The translations under genes were made by a program, and so were the position numbers. A DNA stretch of 64,000 nt from NCBI GenBank assembly GCA_008632985.1, contig QPGO01000106.1, forward strand, positions 1 to 64,000, given 5' to 3'. This document shows positions 63,511 to 64,000 of the stretch, piece by piece. This DNA comes from Psammoneis japonica (Eukaryota). The notes beneath the pieces are model-generated. The model had not been told where the DNA came from, searched no databases, and saw only the letters and a program-made list of their open reading frames with translations. The number at the start of each line of letters is the position of its first letter. The stretch's first letter is position 1.

Positions 63511-64000
63511 CCGCCAGCTGTCTGTGTTCACAGAGAACAGCGTCTCTAAAAGCACAAAGCTGTGAAAATCTTGTCACAATGAAGTGTGATGAGTGGACTC
63601 ACTCCTGCACCAGCTGGAGCATCAACTCCAGCCTTTCCTTTGTAACTCGAGATGTTCAAGACATGCAGAGGAAAACTGCGGTCTCTCACACAGTTCAGCT
63701 GGACAATTTCAATGATTGCTGCGAGGCAGGCTCGAATTGCCAGTTCGCTGCGGTGACTGCACTCCTTCGAGTTGAGATCAATTGTGTTCTCTTCTCTCGA
63801 AACTGGGGCTGCGGCAGTGGGCTCGACTGCACTTGCTGCTGGGAGGAGCTGAGGCAGCATTTTGTTTGCTGCCCTGTTCAGTTGCACATGTCATCCCTGC
63901 TGACGCTGCGTGCCCAATGGAAACAACTTTGCACGTTGGGAACAACATTGCATTGTGCTCTTCTGTGGCGAACTCTCCACACAAACAAATCGCACGGTGC

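Overview
Eukaryotic genomic window, most likely a pennate diatom (inferred from short GT-AG introns, ASAF-like targeting peptides, and diatom-type bHLH-PAS, sulfotransferase and CoDi-like gag families). Ordinary gene-bearing DNA encodes a SET protein, a CYP74-like P450 fusion, a TLC-like protein, VKOR, a GNAT-like protein, two sulfotransferases, bHLH-PAS, OXA1 and several secreted proteins. It alternates with six sharply bounded islands (about 1.2-9.3, 14.2-16.2, 22.0-33.0, 37.9-41.4, 47.6-56.6 and 60.7-64.0 kb; roughly 55-60% of the window). The islands hold transposon remnants and dead gene copies and are almost free of the dinucleotide TpA. Intact/mutated sequence pairs inside the window show the direction of change: TpA->TpG/CpA, often with CpG->TpG/CpA, sparing mainly YTAR sites. 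This is the opposite polarity to fungal RIP. It turns Tyr into Cys/His, alters GTA splice donors and removes many TAA/TAG stops. This apparent 'reverse-RIP' hypermutation of repeat domains is the main candidate for an undescribed system. Coordinates and counts were read by eye, and no database searches were possible.
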